A DNA stretch of 63,134 nt from Gemmatimonadales bacterium (GTDB taxonomy: Bacteria; Gemmatimonadota; Gemmatimonadetes; Gemmatimonadales; GWC2-71-9): assembly GCA_038205305.1 (NCBI GenBank), contig JBBRBZ010000004.1:1-63134 (forward strand). The letters are read 5' to 3'. The notes beneath the pieces are model-generated. The model was not told the DNA's origin. It saw only the letters and a list, made by a program, of their open reading frames with translations, and made no database searches. This document shows, in pieces, positions 9,083 to 18,775 of this stretch; positions within the stretch are counted from its first letter, which is position 1; the number at the start of each line of letters is the position of its first letter. The position numbers were made by a program, and so were the translations under genes.

Positions 9083-10029
9083 CGTTTCCGGTGCAGGAGG
9101 TCGTCGGGGAGATTCGCAAGCGGGTTGTTGGCCAGGACATGATGGTGGAACGGCTCCTGATCGGCATGCTCACCGGCGGTCACGTATTGCTCGAAGGCGT
9201 CCCCGGACTCGCCAAGACGCTCACCGTGCACACGCTGGCCGATGTGCTGCACGCGAGCTTCTCACGCATCCAGTTCACGCCCGACCTCCTGCCGGCCGAC
9301 GTCATCGGCACCATGGTGTTCGATACGGTGCACCAGAAGTTCACGGCGCGTCAGGGACCGATTTTCGCGCAGATCGTGCTGGCCGACGAGGTGAACCGCG
9401 CCCCCGCGAAGGTGCAATCGGCGCTGCTCGAGGCGATGCAAGAACGCCAGGTGACCATCGGCGGAACCAGTTACCGGCTCCCCGAGCCGTTCCTGGTCCT
9501 GGCGACGCAGAATCCCATCGAGAGCGAAGGGACCTATCCCTTGCCCGAGGCGCAGCTCGATCGCTTTCTCCTCAAGGTGCATGTGGACTACCCCAGCCGA
9601 CTCGAGGAGCGCGAGGTGCTCCACCTGATGGGCGCCGTGGGAGAGTCGATTCCGGTGCGGCGCCTCGCCGATCCGCAGCAGGTGCTCGAGGCGCGGGCCC
9701 AGATTCATGCGCTGCACCTCGACGAGCGGCTGGCCGACTACATCGTGGATCTGGTGCGCGCCACGCGCGAACCTGCCGCGGTCGGACTCGGCTCGCTGGC
9801 GCCGATGATCGCTTTCGGTGCCTCGCCGCGCGCCTCGATGGCGCTGGCGCAGTCGGCGCGCGCGCACGCGTACCTGCGGGGCCGCGATTTCGTGACGCCT
9901 GAAGATGTCCAGGTCCTCGCACCTGATGTGATGCGCCACCGCATTGTCCTGACGTTCGACGCCGAGGCCGAGGGAATCGATACCGACACGGTGATTCGCC
10001 AGGTCCTTGGCGCCGTGCCGGTGCCGTGA
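9079..10029 (+). CDS. MoxR-family AAA+ ATPase
   Basis: It shows the MoxR-style Walker A region LLEGVPGLAKT, Walker B LADEVNRA and VLATQNPIE. An in-frame GTG at 9079 overlaps the rluB stop. The ORF-track extension from 8920 lies inside rluB. Confidence 0.9.
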   Translation: MTFPVQEVVGEIRKRVVGQDMMVERLLIGMLTGGHVLLEGVPGLAKTLTVHTLADVLHASFSRIQFTPDLLPADVIGTMVFDTVHQKFTARQGPIFAQIVLADEVNRAPAKVQSALLEAMQERQVTIGGTSYRLPEPFLVLATQNPIESEGTYPLPEAQLDRFLLKVHVDYPSRLEEREVLHLMGAVGESIPVRRLADPQQVLEARAQIHALHLDERLADYIVDLVRATREPAAVGLGSLAPMIAFGASPRASMALAQSARAHAYLRGRDFVTPEDVQVLAPDVMRHRIVLTFDAEAEGIDTDTVIRQVLGAVPVP

Positions 10030-10912
10030 CGTGGCGACCCGACTCCCACCGGCGCTGCTGAGGCAGGTCCGGACGCTCGCCCTGCGCGGGCGTCGGGCCA
10101 CTGACACGCTCCTCGGGGGCGATGTCCGTTCGGTCTTCCGCGGCACCGGAATGGAGTTCACCGATGTGCGGCCGTACAGCGAAGGCGACGACTTTCGCCA
10201 TCTCGACTGGAACCTCCTCGCGCGCACGGGCCAACCCTACATCAAGCTGTACACCGAGACGCGGGAGCTCACGCTGCTCCTCGTCGTGGATCGTTCGCTT
10301 TCCACGGCCATCGGCAATCCCGAACCCAAGGCATCGCGTGAGGTCGAGGCTGCTGCCATCCTCGCGCTGGTTGCCAGTCAGCAACAGGATCGAGTGGGGT
10401 TGCTCGCCTTCGGGGAGAAGATCGGGCCGGTGATTCCCCCCGCGAGGGGACAGCGTCATGCCTTCGGTGTGGTGCAGTCGTTGCTGAGCATGGAGCCGGC
10501 CGGGCGCAAGACCGATCTCGCGGGCGCGCTGCGCGCGGCCGGGGCACTGCTCAAGCGTCGTGCCCTCATCGTGATCCTCTCCGACTTCCTCGCCGACGAC
10601 TGGGAGGCGCCGCTCAAGGGACTTGCTGCGCGGCACGAGGTCACGGCGATTGCCCTCGAGGACAGTCGTGAGACGGCGCTGCCCGACGGTGGCTGGGTGA
10701 CCCTCGCGAGTGCCGAATCGGGGGCACCGGTGCTCTTCGACAGTGGTGACGTGCTCGCCCGTCGTCGCGCCGAGGCGGGAACCAAGCGGATGCGCGCCAA
10801 TCGGAGCGCTCTCCTCGCGAGGCTCGGCGTGCGCGAAGTGGTGATCCGGACCGAGGGGGAGTATCTCCCGGCGCTGCGTGCCGCGTTCGGGCGTGGGGCG
10901 CGCAACCGGTGA
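10007..10912 (+). CDS. DUF58 (vWA-like) protein, MoxR partner
   Basis: The DUF58 signature DDFRHLDWNLLARTGQPYIKLY..LLLVVDRSLS is present. It occupies the canonical position after MoxR. Confidence 0.85.
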   Translation: MAPCRCRDVATRLPPALLRQVRTLALRGRRATDTLLGGDVRSVFRGTGMEFTDVRPYSEGDDFRHLDWNLLARTGQPYIKLYTETRELTLLLVVDRSLSTAIGNPEPKASREVEAAAILALVASQQQDRVGLLAFGEKIGPVIPPARGQRHAFGVVQSLLSMEPAGRKTDLAGALRAAGALLKRRALIVILSDFLADDWEAPLKGLAARHEVTAIALEDSRETALPDGGWVTLASAESGAPVLFDSGDVLARRRAEAGTKRMRANRSALLARLGVREVVIRTEGEYLPALRAAFGRGARNR

Positions 10913-11604
10913 CCAAGCAGCAGCAGCCGACGACGGTGGGGGACACGCTCACCATCGTGCACCGCGTCGCGGCGCCGATCGGTGCGGTGGTGCAGGCGAG
11001 GGCGCCCCAGGACTCCACGATCGCCACCTTGGTGGGCATGCCGCTGGTGACCCGCGAGGGTGATTCGGTCCGGATTGCCTATACCGTTGCCGTGTGGGCG
11101 CCTGGTCGCAGCGACCTGATCCTCCCCGGGCCGATCGTCATCGGGATGAACGGTCGGATCGATACCCTTGCGAATGCTCACGTTGCTCTCAACGTCGCCT
11201 CGCTGCTTCCCGCAGGGCAGGTCCCCGGCAAGGTCCCGCCCCGCCCCTCGCACGGCTGGATCCCGCGAGCGGACAGCTCGGTGCTGCCGTTCGGCGTGCT
11301 GCTTCCCCTGGTCCTGCTCTCGTTGGCGCTGGTGCATCGGCTGGTGCGGCGACGTGGCAAGCCGGTGGTTGACCCCGTGGCTGCCGGGCAACCGTTGGTG
11401 GGCCGGGAGCGACTCGAGCGGTGGCTCGCCGCCGGGGAGCCACGGCTGGCGCTCGACCACCTCGAGTGGCTGACGCGTGATCGCGCCGACTTGGCCGAAT
11501 GGCGTGAACGGGTGGATGCGGTGCGATTCGCGCCGGGTGTCGACCGCGAGCTGGTGACGCTGGTGCACGAGGGATGTGAACGGGCGGGTCTGGGGGCGTC
11601 GTGA
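10909..11604 (+). CDS. Hypothetical single-pass membrane protein of the Bat operon (DUF4381-position gene)
   Basis: The 231-aa protein has a beta-rich N-terminal half, one TM helix (VLPFGVLLPLVLLSLALVHRLV followed by RRRG) and a helical, Arg/Glu-rich C-terminus. It has 4-nt overlaps with both neighbours. Confidence 0.55.
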   Translation: MTKQQQPTTVGDTLTIVHRVAAPIGAVVQARAPQDSTIATLVGMPLVTREGDSVRIAYTVAVWAPGRSDLILPGPIVIGMNGRIDTLANAHVALNVASLLPAGQVPGKVPPRPSHGWIPRADSSVLPFGVLLPLVLLSLALVHRLVRRRGKPVVDPVAAGQPLVGRERLERWLAAGEPRLALDHLEWLTRDRADLAEWRERVDAVRFAPGVDRELVTLVHEGCERAGLGAS

Positions 11605-12578
11605 TCCTCTCCTTCGCCCGACCGTGGCTGTTGCTGCTCCTGCTTGCCATTCCGTGGTGGTGGATCCGGCGCCGGCGCCAGCAACCGGTGGTGGCCGTGG
11701 TCAGCGCCACGGCCCCCTTCGCCGAGGCAACGCACGGACGGTGGCGCCTGCGGGTGCCGCCGGCGCTGCGGGCAGTCGCCCTCGCGTCACTGCTCATTGC
11801 CGCAGCGGGGCCGTTTCGGCCGGGCGACCGCACCGTGGTCTCCACCGATGGCATCGCCATCGTGATTGCGATCGACGTGTCGAGTTCCATGCTCGCCGAG
11901 GACTTCGCACCGTCCAATCGCATCGAGGTCGCCAAGCAGCAGGCGATCGCCTTCGTGCGGGCGCGATCGAATGATCGCATCGGCTTGGTGACCTTCGCCG
12001 GGGAGGCACTCACGCAGGTCCCGGTGACCCTCGACTACGCAACCCTCATCCACTCGATTGAACAGCTGCGCGTCGGCATGCTTGGCGACGGCACCGCGAT
12101 CGGGTCGGGACTCGCCACGGCGGTGGCTCGACTCCGCAAGGTGCCGGGCAAGAGCAAGGTGGTGCTGCTGCTCACCGATGGCGTGAACAATCAGGGACTG
12201 GTCGATCCGCGCACCGCGGCGCAGGCGGCGGAGGCGTTCGGGGTGCGGGTCTACACCGTGGGCGTTGGCACCGAAGGCGAGGCGCGCATTCCCACCGGCG
12301 GGCCCGGCGGGTATCGCTATGAAATGCTTCCGGTGAGCATCGATGAGCCACTGCTGACCGACATCGCCAATCGCACCGGCGGGAAGTACTTCCGTGCCAA
12401 GGACTCCGAGGCACTGCGACGAATTTTCCAGCAGGTCGATCGCCTCGAGCGCACCCCGGTGGACGTGGTGCGCTACACCCAGGCCGATGAGCGCACCATG
12501 CCCTTCGTTGCCCTCGGGTTGGTGCTGCTGGCGGTGGAACTCTGGCTCAGCGGCTCCTACGTGGTGCGCGTGCCATGA
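11601..12578 (+). CDS. vWA domain membrane protein, BatA-like
   Basis: It has an N-terminal TM with FARPWLLLLLLAIPWWW, the MIDAS motif DVSSSM, LLTDGVNN, and a C-terminal TM. Confidence 0.85.
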   Translation: MILSFARPWLLLLLLAIPWWWIRRRRQQPVVAVVSATAPFAEATHGRWRLRVPPALRAVALASLLIAAAGPFRPGDRTVVSTDGIAIVIAIDVSSSMLAEDFAPSNRIEVAKQQAIAFVRARSNDRIGLVTFAGEALTQVPVTLDYATLIHSIEQLRVGMLGDGTAIGSGLATAVARLRKVPGKSKVVLLLTDGVNNQGLVDPRTAAQAAEAFGVRVYTVGVGTEGEARIPTGGPGGYRYEMLPVSIDEPLLTDIANRTGGKYFRAKDSEALRRIFQQVDRLERTPVDVVRYTQADERTMPFVALGLVLLAVELWLSGSYVVRVP

Positions 12579-14173
12579 TCGTCGATTCGCTTCCGCTGTT
12601 GATCGCCTCGCCCTTCATGGCGGCAGCGGTGGTCGCGCTTGGCATGCTCGCGCGACGACGGCGCGTACGGGCGGCGTCGGCATGGTCGCGCGCCCTTGGT
12701 GAAACGGCCGCAAGCTTTGGGCGCTGGTCGCCGTACCTGCTCGGCGGTGCCGCCCTGCTGAGTGGTGTCGCGCTGTCGGGGCCGCGGTGGGGCTCGGCCC
12801 TGCGGACCACCGACGCTCGCGCGATCAACGTGGTGCTGGTGATGGATGTCTCCAAGTCAATGCTCGCGGCCGATGTGGCGCCCGATCGCCTCACGCGGGC
12901 CGGCGGACTCGCCAGTCGCCTGGTGCAGGACCTGAGTGGTGATCGACTGGGACTGGTCGCCTTTGCGGCCCGCGGCTACCTGCTCTCACCGCTCACGCTC
13001 GACCAGAGCGCGCTTGCCGTGCAACTCGACGCGCTCGATCCCGACATGCTGAGCGAGGGGGGGTCGGGAATCGCCTCGGCGCTCAATACCGCGCAGGAGG
13101 TGCTCTCCGGTGCGAAGGAGGGGGGCGACCGGGCGATTGTGCTCTTCACGGATGGCGAGAGCTTCGAGGGTGAGGCGGCGCTTCAAGCCGCCGGCGAGAC
13201 GCTCAAGACGCAACGGATCACGCTCATCGTGATCACCGTGGGCGACACCAAGGGCGCGAAGATTCCGGAGCCTGGTGGCGGCTTTCACCGTGACCAGAAC
13301 GGATCGGAAGTCATCACCGTCCGCCGGGACGACCTGATGAAGCCGATTGTCACTGCGGCCGGAGGCACCCTGATCACCCCGACATCAGCGGACCCGGTCG
13401 GGGACGCACGGCGGGTCCTGGATCGGTTGGCTCGCGCACCGGCGTCGGATCGGACCGCCGCCACGCTGATTCCCCGGGGCTGGATCTTTGCCCTCGCCGC
13501 CGCGCTGCTCCTGCTGGCGCAAACAGTGACACGCCGCAGCGCCGCGTTGATTACGCTGGCGTTGACGGTCGGAGTCGGCTCGGCCAGTGCCCAGCGGCCG
13601 TCGAAGGGCAGCCGCTACATCTCCATTGGCGACAGCGGCAAGGCGAAGGCAGCGTTCGTTGCGGAGGCGCGTCGCCTCGGCACCGACACCGCTTGGTACA
13701 ACGCCGGCACGTCCGCCCTGCGCGCCGGCGAGTTGGCCACAGCCATTCCTGCGTTGCAGCGGGCCACGACCTCGCTTGATCCCGATCTCCGACGTCGCGC
13801 ACTCTACAACCTCGGCACCGCCCTGTTGCAGCAGGCTCGCAAGGATTCGACACGCCGGGACACCCTGTTGCGTGCCGCCTCGACGGAGCTGCAGTCGGCC
13901 TTGTTGCTCGACCCGGCCGATCGCAACGCCAAGTTCAACTACGAACTCGCCCGCCGGCTCCAACCTCCGACGCCACCGAAGCCGCCTCCGACGAGCGGCG
14001 GCAAGAGTGGCGGGGCGCCGAAGCCCGATCCGTCGAAGCGCGCCAGCAGCGGCATGACACAAGCGGAGGCCGAGCAGGTGTTGAGCGCGATGGAGCGCGG
14101 CGAGCGCAACACGCGGATGGCGCAGAATGCACAGCAGAAATCCGGCAGGCCGCCGTTGGGGCCAGATTGGTGA
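12575..14173 (+). CDS. vWA + TPR membrane protein, BatB/BatC-like fusion
   Basis: It has an N-terminal TM, MIDAS DVSKSM, LFTDGES, a second TM, then TPR-like repeats (YNAGTSALRAGELATAI...YNLGTALLQ) and a Pro/Lys-rich tail. Confidence 0.8.
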   Translation: MIVDSLPLLIASPFMAAAVVALGMLARRRRVRAASAWSRALGETAASFGRWSPYLLGGAALLSGVALSGPRWGSALRTTDARAINVVLVMDVSKSMLAADVAPDRLTRAGGLASRLVQDLSGDRLGLVAFAARGYLLSPLTLDQSALAVQLDALDPDMLSEGGSGIASALNTAQEVLSGAKEGGDRAIVLFTDGESFEGEAALQAAGETLKTQRITLIVITVGDTKGAKIPEPGGGFHRDQNGSEVITVRRDDLMKPIVTAAGGTLITPTSADPVGDARRVLDRLARAPASDRTAATLIPRGWIFALAAALLLLAQTVTRRSAALITLALTVGVGSASAQRPSKGSRYISIGDSGKAKAAFVAEARRLGTDTAWYNAGTSALRAGELATAIPALQRATTSLDPDLRRRALYNLGTALLQQARKDSTRRDTLLRAASTELQSALLLDPADRNAKFNYELARRLQPPTPPKPPPTSGGKSGGAPKPDPSKRASSGMTQAEAEQVLSAMERGERNTRMAQNAQQKSGRPPLGPDW

Positions 14174-16119
14174 TCGCCGCGGCCCTGGCGTTCGCGTTGC
14201 TTCGGCAGGACACCATTCCGAACCTGCCTGCCCGGGCGCGAGCGATGCTGGCCGCCTTTCCCGTTCCACGGGAGGGGGAGGTGCTGGTCACCACCCGCTT
14301 CTCCAAGGACTCGGCGTGGATTGGTGAACAGGTCGACCTGCTGACGGCGGCGTGGTTCCCGGAAGAGTTGCGGTCACGACTTCGCCGGTCACCGACGTTG
14401 ACCGCGCCGTCGTTGAGCGGCCTCTGGAGCGTGCAGTCGCGAGTGCTGCCGGTGCTCGCCGGGACCCGACGGGTGGGCCGGCAGATGTACGCCGTGTATG
14501 TCCAGTATCAGACGCTCTTCCCACTCGGGGCGGGGAAGGTCGATGCGCCACCTGCTGTGCTGAGCTACTCGGTGCCGACATCGTCTTCCTTCTTCGCTCC
14601 CGAGGATCGCAAGACGGTCTCGTCGGAACCCGCGCGCCTGATCGTGCGTCCCGTTCCAACCGCACTGCTCGCGGAAGTGGGGAGTGGCCCCACGGCCAGT
14701 GGCCTGCACGTGATTTGGGTCGGGCCAGCTGCACCGATGCGTGTCGGCGTCCCGACGACCATCGAGTTTCGTGTCGCCGGCACAGGGAACCTCGCGCTCT
14801 GGCCGTCGCCCGACATCGACTGGCCCGCAGGCCTGCGGATTTACCCCGAGCGGACGGAGGAAACCTACCAATCGAGGGTGTCACTGATTTCGGGTGAGAA
14901 GCATTTCCGCTTTACCATCGTGGCGGATACCGCAGGAATTTTTCGACTTCCCGATGTTCACTATCCGTATTTCGATCCGGACGCGGCACAGGCCCAGGCG
15001 GCCATGGCGTCCCCGTTTGCACTGCCGGTCCTCCCGGCGGCCGCCAGCACCATGCACCCGGAGCCACCGATCGTCACCGGTGCGCCCGGCATACCACTCG
15101 TCAGTACGATCGTCCGGCAGGGCTGGCCTGCGTTGTTGCTGCTCTTTCTGCTGCCACCCCTGCTGCTCCTCTGGCGCTCTTGGCGGGCTCGGCCTCGCCC
15201 CGTTCCAGGAGTGGCCGCGGCGACGGATCCCGAGCGCGAACTGCGCTCACTCCTCAACCAGCCAAGCGATTCTGGGCCCGCGCGCGTCGCGGCGGCGTTG
15301 CGCCATCGGGGCGTGCCGCGCGGCGAGGCCGAGCAGCTGCACCGGTGGCTGGTGGCGGTCGCGCGGCGACGCTATGGGCCTGCCGGCGGAGAAGCCCCAT
15401 CCCCGCCCGACGTGATGGGGCCTGTCCTGCAGCGCCTCCGGCGAAGTGTGGCGCCACTGGTGCTGCTGCTTGCGATGGCGGGCACGGCCCACGGCCAGAT
15501 CGGAGAGGCGGCGAAGCGCTATCAGGCCGGGGACTATCCGGGAGCAACTCTGCGTTACGAAGCCTTCGTCGCAGTCGAGCCGGATGCTGCCAATGCTTGG
15601 GGCGACCTCGGCTCGGCACGCTGGATGAACGGCGACGATGCCGGTGCCGCGGCCGCATGGTTGCACGCGCTGGCGCTGGCGCCCCGCGATCCGTTTGTCC
15701 GCGCAGCCTGGCAGGCGAACTCCGCGATCCCCGAGGAAGTGCGCGACCTTGCACCACGCATCCCGCTGAGCCGGGATGAACTCTGGCTCCTGGCACTGGG
15801 ATGCTGGCTGCTGGGGTGGGCTGTGCGGGCCTCGCGATTTCGCCAGTGGAGCATGGCGTTCGCAGGAATGACCATCCTCTTCGGCGCGACGGCGGCGATG
15901 CGCTGGTACCAGGAGACACGGCCACGTGCCTTGCTGCGCAACTCGGTCTCCTACCGCGTCTCCCCCATCCCCACGGCACCGGAGCTCGGCAACGTCCCGG
16001 GTTGGACCCTGATCGACATTGTCGGCCGTCGGGGCGGATGGGTGCTGGCGGAGCTGCCGGGCGGGCGTCGTGGCTGGATTCCCGAGGCACGGATCGCGCC
16101 TCTCGCCCCGCTAGATTAG
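14167..16119 (+). CDS. BatD-like (oxygen tolerance) protein fused to TPR and C-terminal SH3-like domain (BatE-like)
   Basis: The 650-aa ORF has a BatD-type N-terminal beta-rich region and TM helices. It also has a TPR segment (YQAGDYPGATLRYEAF...AWGDLGSARW) and the C-terminus GWVLAELPGGRRGWIPEARI, typical of bacterial SH3. Confidence 0.7.
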   Translation: MVIAAALAFALLRQDTIPNLPARARAMLAAFPVPREGEVLVTTRFSKDSAWIGEQVDLLTAAWFPEELRSRLRRSPTLTAPSLSGLWSVQSRVLPVLAGTRRVGRQMYAVYVQYQTLFPLGAGKVDAPPAVLSYSVPTSSSFFAPEDRKTVSSEPARLIVRPVPTALLAEVGSGPTASGLHVIWVGPAAPMRVGVPTTIEFRVAGTGNLALWPSPDIDWPAGLRIYPERTEETYQSRVSLISGEKHFRFTIVADTAGIFRLPDVHYPYFDPDAAQAQAAMASPFALPVLPAAASTMHPEPPIVTGAPGIPLVSTIVRQGWPALLLLFLLPPLLLLWRSWRARPRPVPGVAAATDPERELRSLLNQPSDSGPARVAAALRHRGVPRGEAEQLHRWLVAVARRRYGPAGGEAPSPPDVMGPVLQRLRRSVAPLVLLLAMAGTAHGQIGEAAKRYQAGDYPGATLRYEAFVAVEPDAANAWGDLGSARWMNGDDAGAAAAWLHALALAPRDPFVRAAWQANSAIPEEVRDLAPRIPLSRDELWLLALGCWLLGWAVRASRFRQWSMAFAGMTILFGATAAMRWYQETRPRALLRNSVSYRVSPIPTAPELGNVPGWTLIDIVGRRGGWVLAELPGGRRGWIPEARIAPLAPLD

Positions 16120-16122
16120 GGG

Positions 16123-17862
16123 ATGCTGCCCGGGACCACTCGTCGCATCGCTATTCTCCCCGACGCCGTCGCGAATCAGATCGCGGCGGGCGAGGTCGTT
16201 GAGCGACCGGCCTCCGTGGTCAAGGAACTGGTCGAGAATGCGATCGATGCCGAAGCCGCCCATGTCCGTGTCGCCGCGGAGAATGGGGGCAAGACCTTGA
16301 TCGAGGTTGCCGATGATGGTGTCGGCATGCAGCGCGACGACGCCATTCTCGCCCTCGATCGCCATGCCACCAGCAAGATCCGCGCGCCGGAGGATCTCGT
16401 GGGCATCGCGACGTTCGGCTTCCGCGGCGAAGCCCTCCCCGCCATCGCCTCGGTCTCCCGTTTCACAATGCTCACCGCCGACAGCGACGGTGCGGGAACG
16501 GAAATCACCGTCAATGGTGGCCGCATCGATGCCGTGCGTGAGGCGGCCCGGCAGCGCGGCACCAGCATCACGGCGCGGGCACTTTTCTTCAACACGCCGG
16601 CGCGCCGGAAGTTTCTCCGCTCCGCCGCGAGCGAATCCCGCAGCGTCTGGGACGCGATCGCGACGCTTGCGCTGGCGCATCCCGCGGTCGGCTTCGCGTT
16701 GACGCTCGACGGCCGCGAGCGGCTGAATGTCCCCGCCGGTCAGGCCCGAGAGGAGCGGCTTGCCGCGATCTGGGGGCGCGACCTCGCGCGCACGCTCCTG
16801 CCGGTCGATCAGGCCATTGGTGGCGTGCATGTGGTTGGCTTCGCCCAGCGGCCGGCCGATGCGCAGCCCACCGGACGGCGCACGCAACTCTTCGTCAACG
16901 GGCGACCATTCCGCGACCATTTCCTGGTCCGTGCTGCGGAAGCAGGATATCGGGCGGCGATTCATCCCGGCGATCGTCCCTCGCTGTTCCTCGACCTGCA
17001 AGTTGATCCGGGCGAGGTCGACGTGAATGTCCACCCGGCGAAGCTCGAGGTCCGCTTCCGCAATCGCTTCGCGGTCGAGCGCGCCATGGAGGAGGCGATC
17101 CGTCAGGCGCTCGGCGGCCTCGCATCGGCGGCGCATCTCGGAGAGGCTCCGCTGCCTGGAGGATTGCCGAGTTGGCCGATGCCGAGTACTTCGGTCGAAA
17201 TCCCCGCTGATTTCTTCACCCCGTTGGTGGAGACCGGGGCGGACACTGCCGCCGTCGACGCGCCCACCCTGCGCGCACCCGACGCCGCAGACTGGTCCGC
17301 GCCTGTGCTGCAGCTGGCCGACACCTACCTCTGCTACGATTCGCCAGAAGGACTCGTGATCGTTGACCAGCACTCCGCGCATGAGCGCGTGCTCTACGAA
17401 GAGGCGATGGCGCGCATCGAGCGAGACGGCCTGCCCGCGCAACGTCTGTTGCTGCCGATCACCATCGAGCTGACCGATGAGGAACTCGACGTTGTCAGCG
17501 CGCACGCCGAGGAATTGCAGCGGATCGGTTTCGAAATCGAGGCCTTTGGTGGTCGAACGGTCGCGATTCATGGGGTGCCGAATCCGCATCCCCGCTTCGA
17601 TGCCGCCACCTGCTTCCGCGAGCTGGTCGCCGACCTCGCGCGGGGCCGTTTCGGTGGGTGGACGAATCGACTCGAACGCTTCGTGGCCACCTATGCCTGC
17701 CGCGCGGCCGTGAAGGCTGGCCAGCCACTGGACGACCGGTCACGACGCGAACTGCTGGTCCGGCTCTTCGCCTGCCAGCTCCCACCCCACGACGTGCATG
17801 GCCGGTCGACCATCGTCCAGCTGCCACGCGAGGAACTGGAGCGCCGCTTTGGCCGACGCTAG
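16123..17862 (+). CDS. mutL: DNA mismatch repair protein MutL (endonuclease type)
   Basis: It has the GHKL N-terminus IAAGEVVERPASVVKELVENAIDA and DDGVGM. The C-terminal endonuclease motif DQHSAHERVLYE is also present. Confidence 0.95.
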   Translation: MLPGTTRRIAILPDAVANQIAAGEVVERPASVVKELVENAIDAEAAHVRVAAENGGKTLIEVADDGVGMQRDDAILALDRHATSKIRAPEDLVGIATFGFRGEALPAIASVSRFTMLTADSDGAGTEITVNGGRIDAVREAARQRGTSITARALFFNTPARRKFLRSAASESRSVWDAIATLALAHPAVGFALTLDGRERLNVPAGQAREERLAAIWGRDLARTLLPVDQAIGGVHVVGFAQRPADAQPTGRRTQLFVNGRPFRDHFLVRAAEAGYRAAIHPGDRPSLFLDLQVDPGEVDVNVHPAKLEVRFRNRFAVERAMEEAIRQALGGLASAAHLGEAPLPGGLPSWPMPSTSVEIPADFFTPLVETGADTAAVDAPTLRAPDAADWSAPVLQLADTYLCYDSPEGLVIVDQHSAHERVLYEEAMARIERDGLPAQRLLLPITIELTDEELDVVSAHAEELQRIGFEIEAFGGRTVAIHGVPNPHPRFDAATCFRELVADLARGRFGGWTNRLERFVATYACRAAVKAGQPLDDRSRRELLVRLFACQLPPHDVHGRSTIVQLPREELERRFGRR

Positions 17863-18775
17863 GACACCGATCCTGATCGGACCGACCGCGGTGGGGAAGA
17901 CGGCGGTCGCCTTGGCCCTCACCGCACATTGGCCGATTGAGGTGATCTCGGCTGATTCCAGGCAGGTTTATCGCGGCCTCGACATTGCCACGGCCAAGCC
18001 CGCCCCACGCGAGCGCCAGCGGCTCACGCATCACATGATCGACAGGATCGCTCCTGGTGAGCGATTCAGTGCGGGGCGCTTTGCCCTCGAAGCGGCCGAT
18101 ACCATCAACGACGTCCGCGCGCGCGGGAAATTGCCGCTGGTGGTCGGGGGAACCGGGCTCTACGTCAAGGCGTTGGTCGAAGGACTCTTCCACGAGCCGC
18201 CCCTCGATCGACCACGCCGGGAGCAGCTGGCGCTCTTCACCGCCACGCTGGACCACCCGACGCTGGTGCGGTGGGCCTCGCGACTCGACCGGGCCTACGC
18301 GCTGGCTGGCGGGCGCCAGCGCGCGGCACGGGCCATCGAGATCGCCCTGCTGACTGGTCGATCACTCTCGTGGTGGCAGCGCTCGGCCGAGGCACAGGGC
18401 GTTGTGGAACCGTGGACGGTACGATTGACGGTACCCCGGCCGGTGTTGCACCAGCGCATCCGGATCCGGGCCGAGGAGATGGTGCGGCGCGGATTGTTGC
18501 AGGAAGTGGCGGCCGCCCTGGCCGACGGCGCCCCGCCGGAAGGCCCGGGCATGGACGGGATTGGAGTCCGTGAAGCGGTTGCGGTACTCCTCGGGCGGCT
18601 GCCCAAGGATCAGATGGTCGAAGCGATTGTCATCGCCACCCGCCAGTACGCCAAGCGGCAGGAAACTTGGTTTCGGCATCAGATCCGTGGGGACGTGCTC
18701 ACGCTCGATGCCACGAGGCCTCCGGAAGAACTCGCCGCCACGATTGCCGCGGCATGGGAGCAAACCAGCAAATGA
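17798..18775 (+). CDS. miaA: tRNA dimethylallyltransferase
   Basis: It has the P-loop GPTAVGKT, SADSRQVYRGLDIATAKP and VGGTGLY. A more likely start is the in-frame TTG at 17849, which leaves a 14-nt overlap with mutL. Confidence 0.9.
   Translation: MAGRPSSSCHARNWSAALADARTPILIGPTAVGKTAVALALTAHWPIEVISADSRQVYRGLDIATAKPAPRERQRLTHHMIDRIAPGERFSAGRFALEAADTINDVRARGKLPLVVGGTGLYVKALVEGLFHEPPLDRPRREQLALFTATLDHPTLVRWASRLDRAYALAGGRQRAARAIEIALLTGRSLSWWQRSAEAQGVVEPWTVRLTVPRPVLHQRIRIRAEEMVRRGLLQEVAAALADGAPPEGPGMDGIGVREAVAVLLGRLPKDQMVEAIVIATRQYAKRQETWFRHQIRGDVLTLDATRPPEELAATIAAAWEQTSK

Noticed and set aside
16111-17589. A 492-aa minus-strand ORF antisense to mutL. Similar cases are 52127-53716 (antisense to infB), 36260-37810 (serS), 55049-56296 (ribF) and 33145-34524 (the LbH gene).
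   Set aside because: The reasoning is the same in each case. The sense-strand gene has strong conserved motifs, and the antisense translation is Arg/Gly/Pro-rich without recognisable domains.
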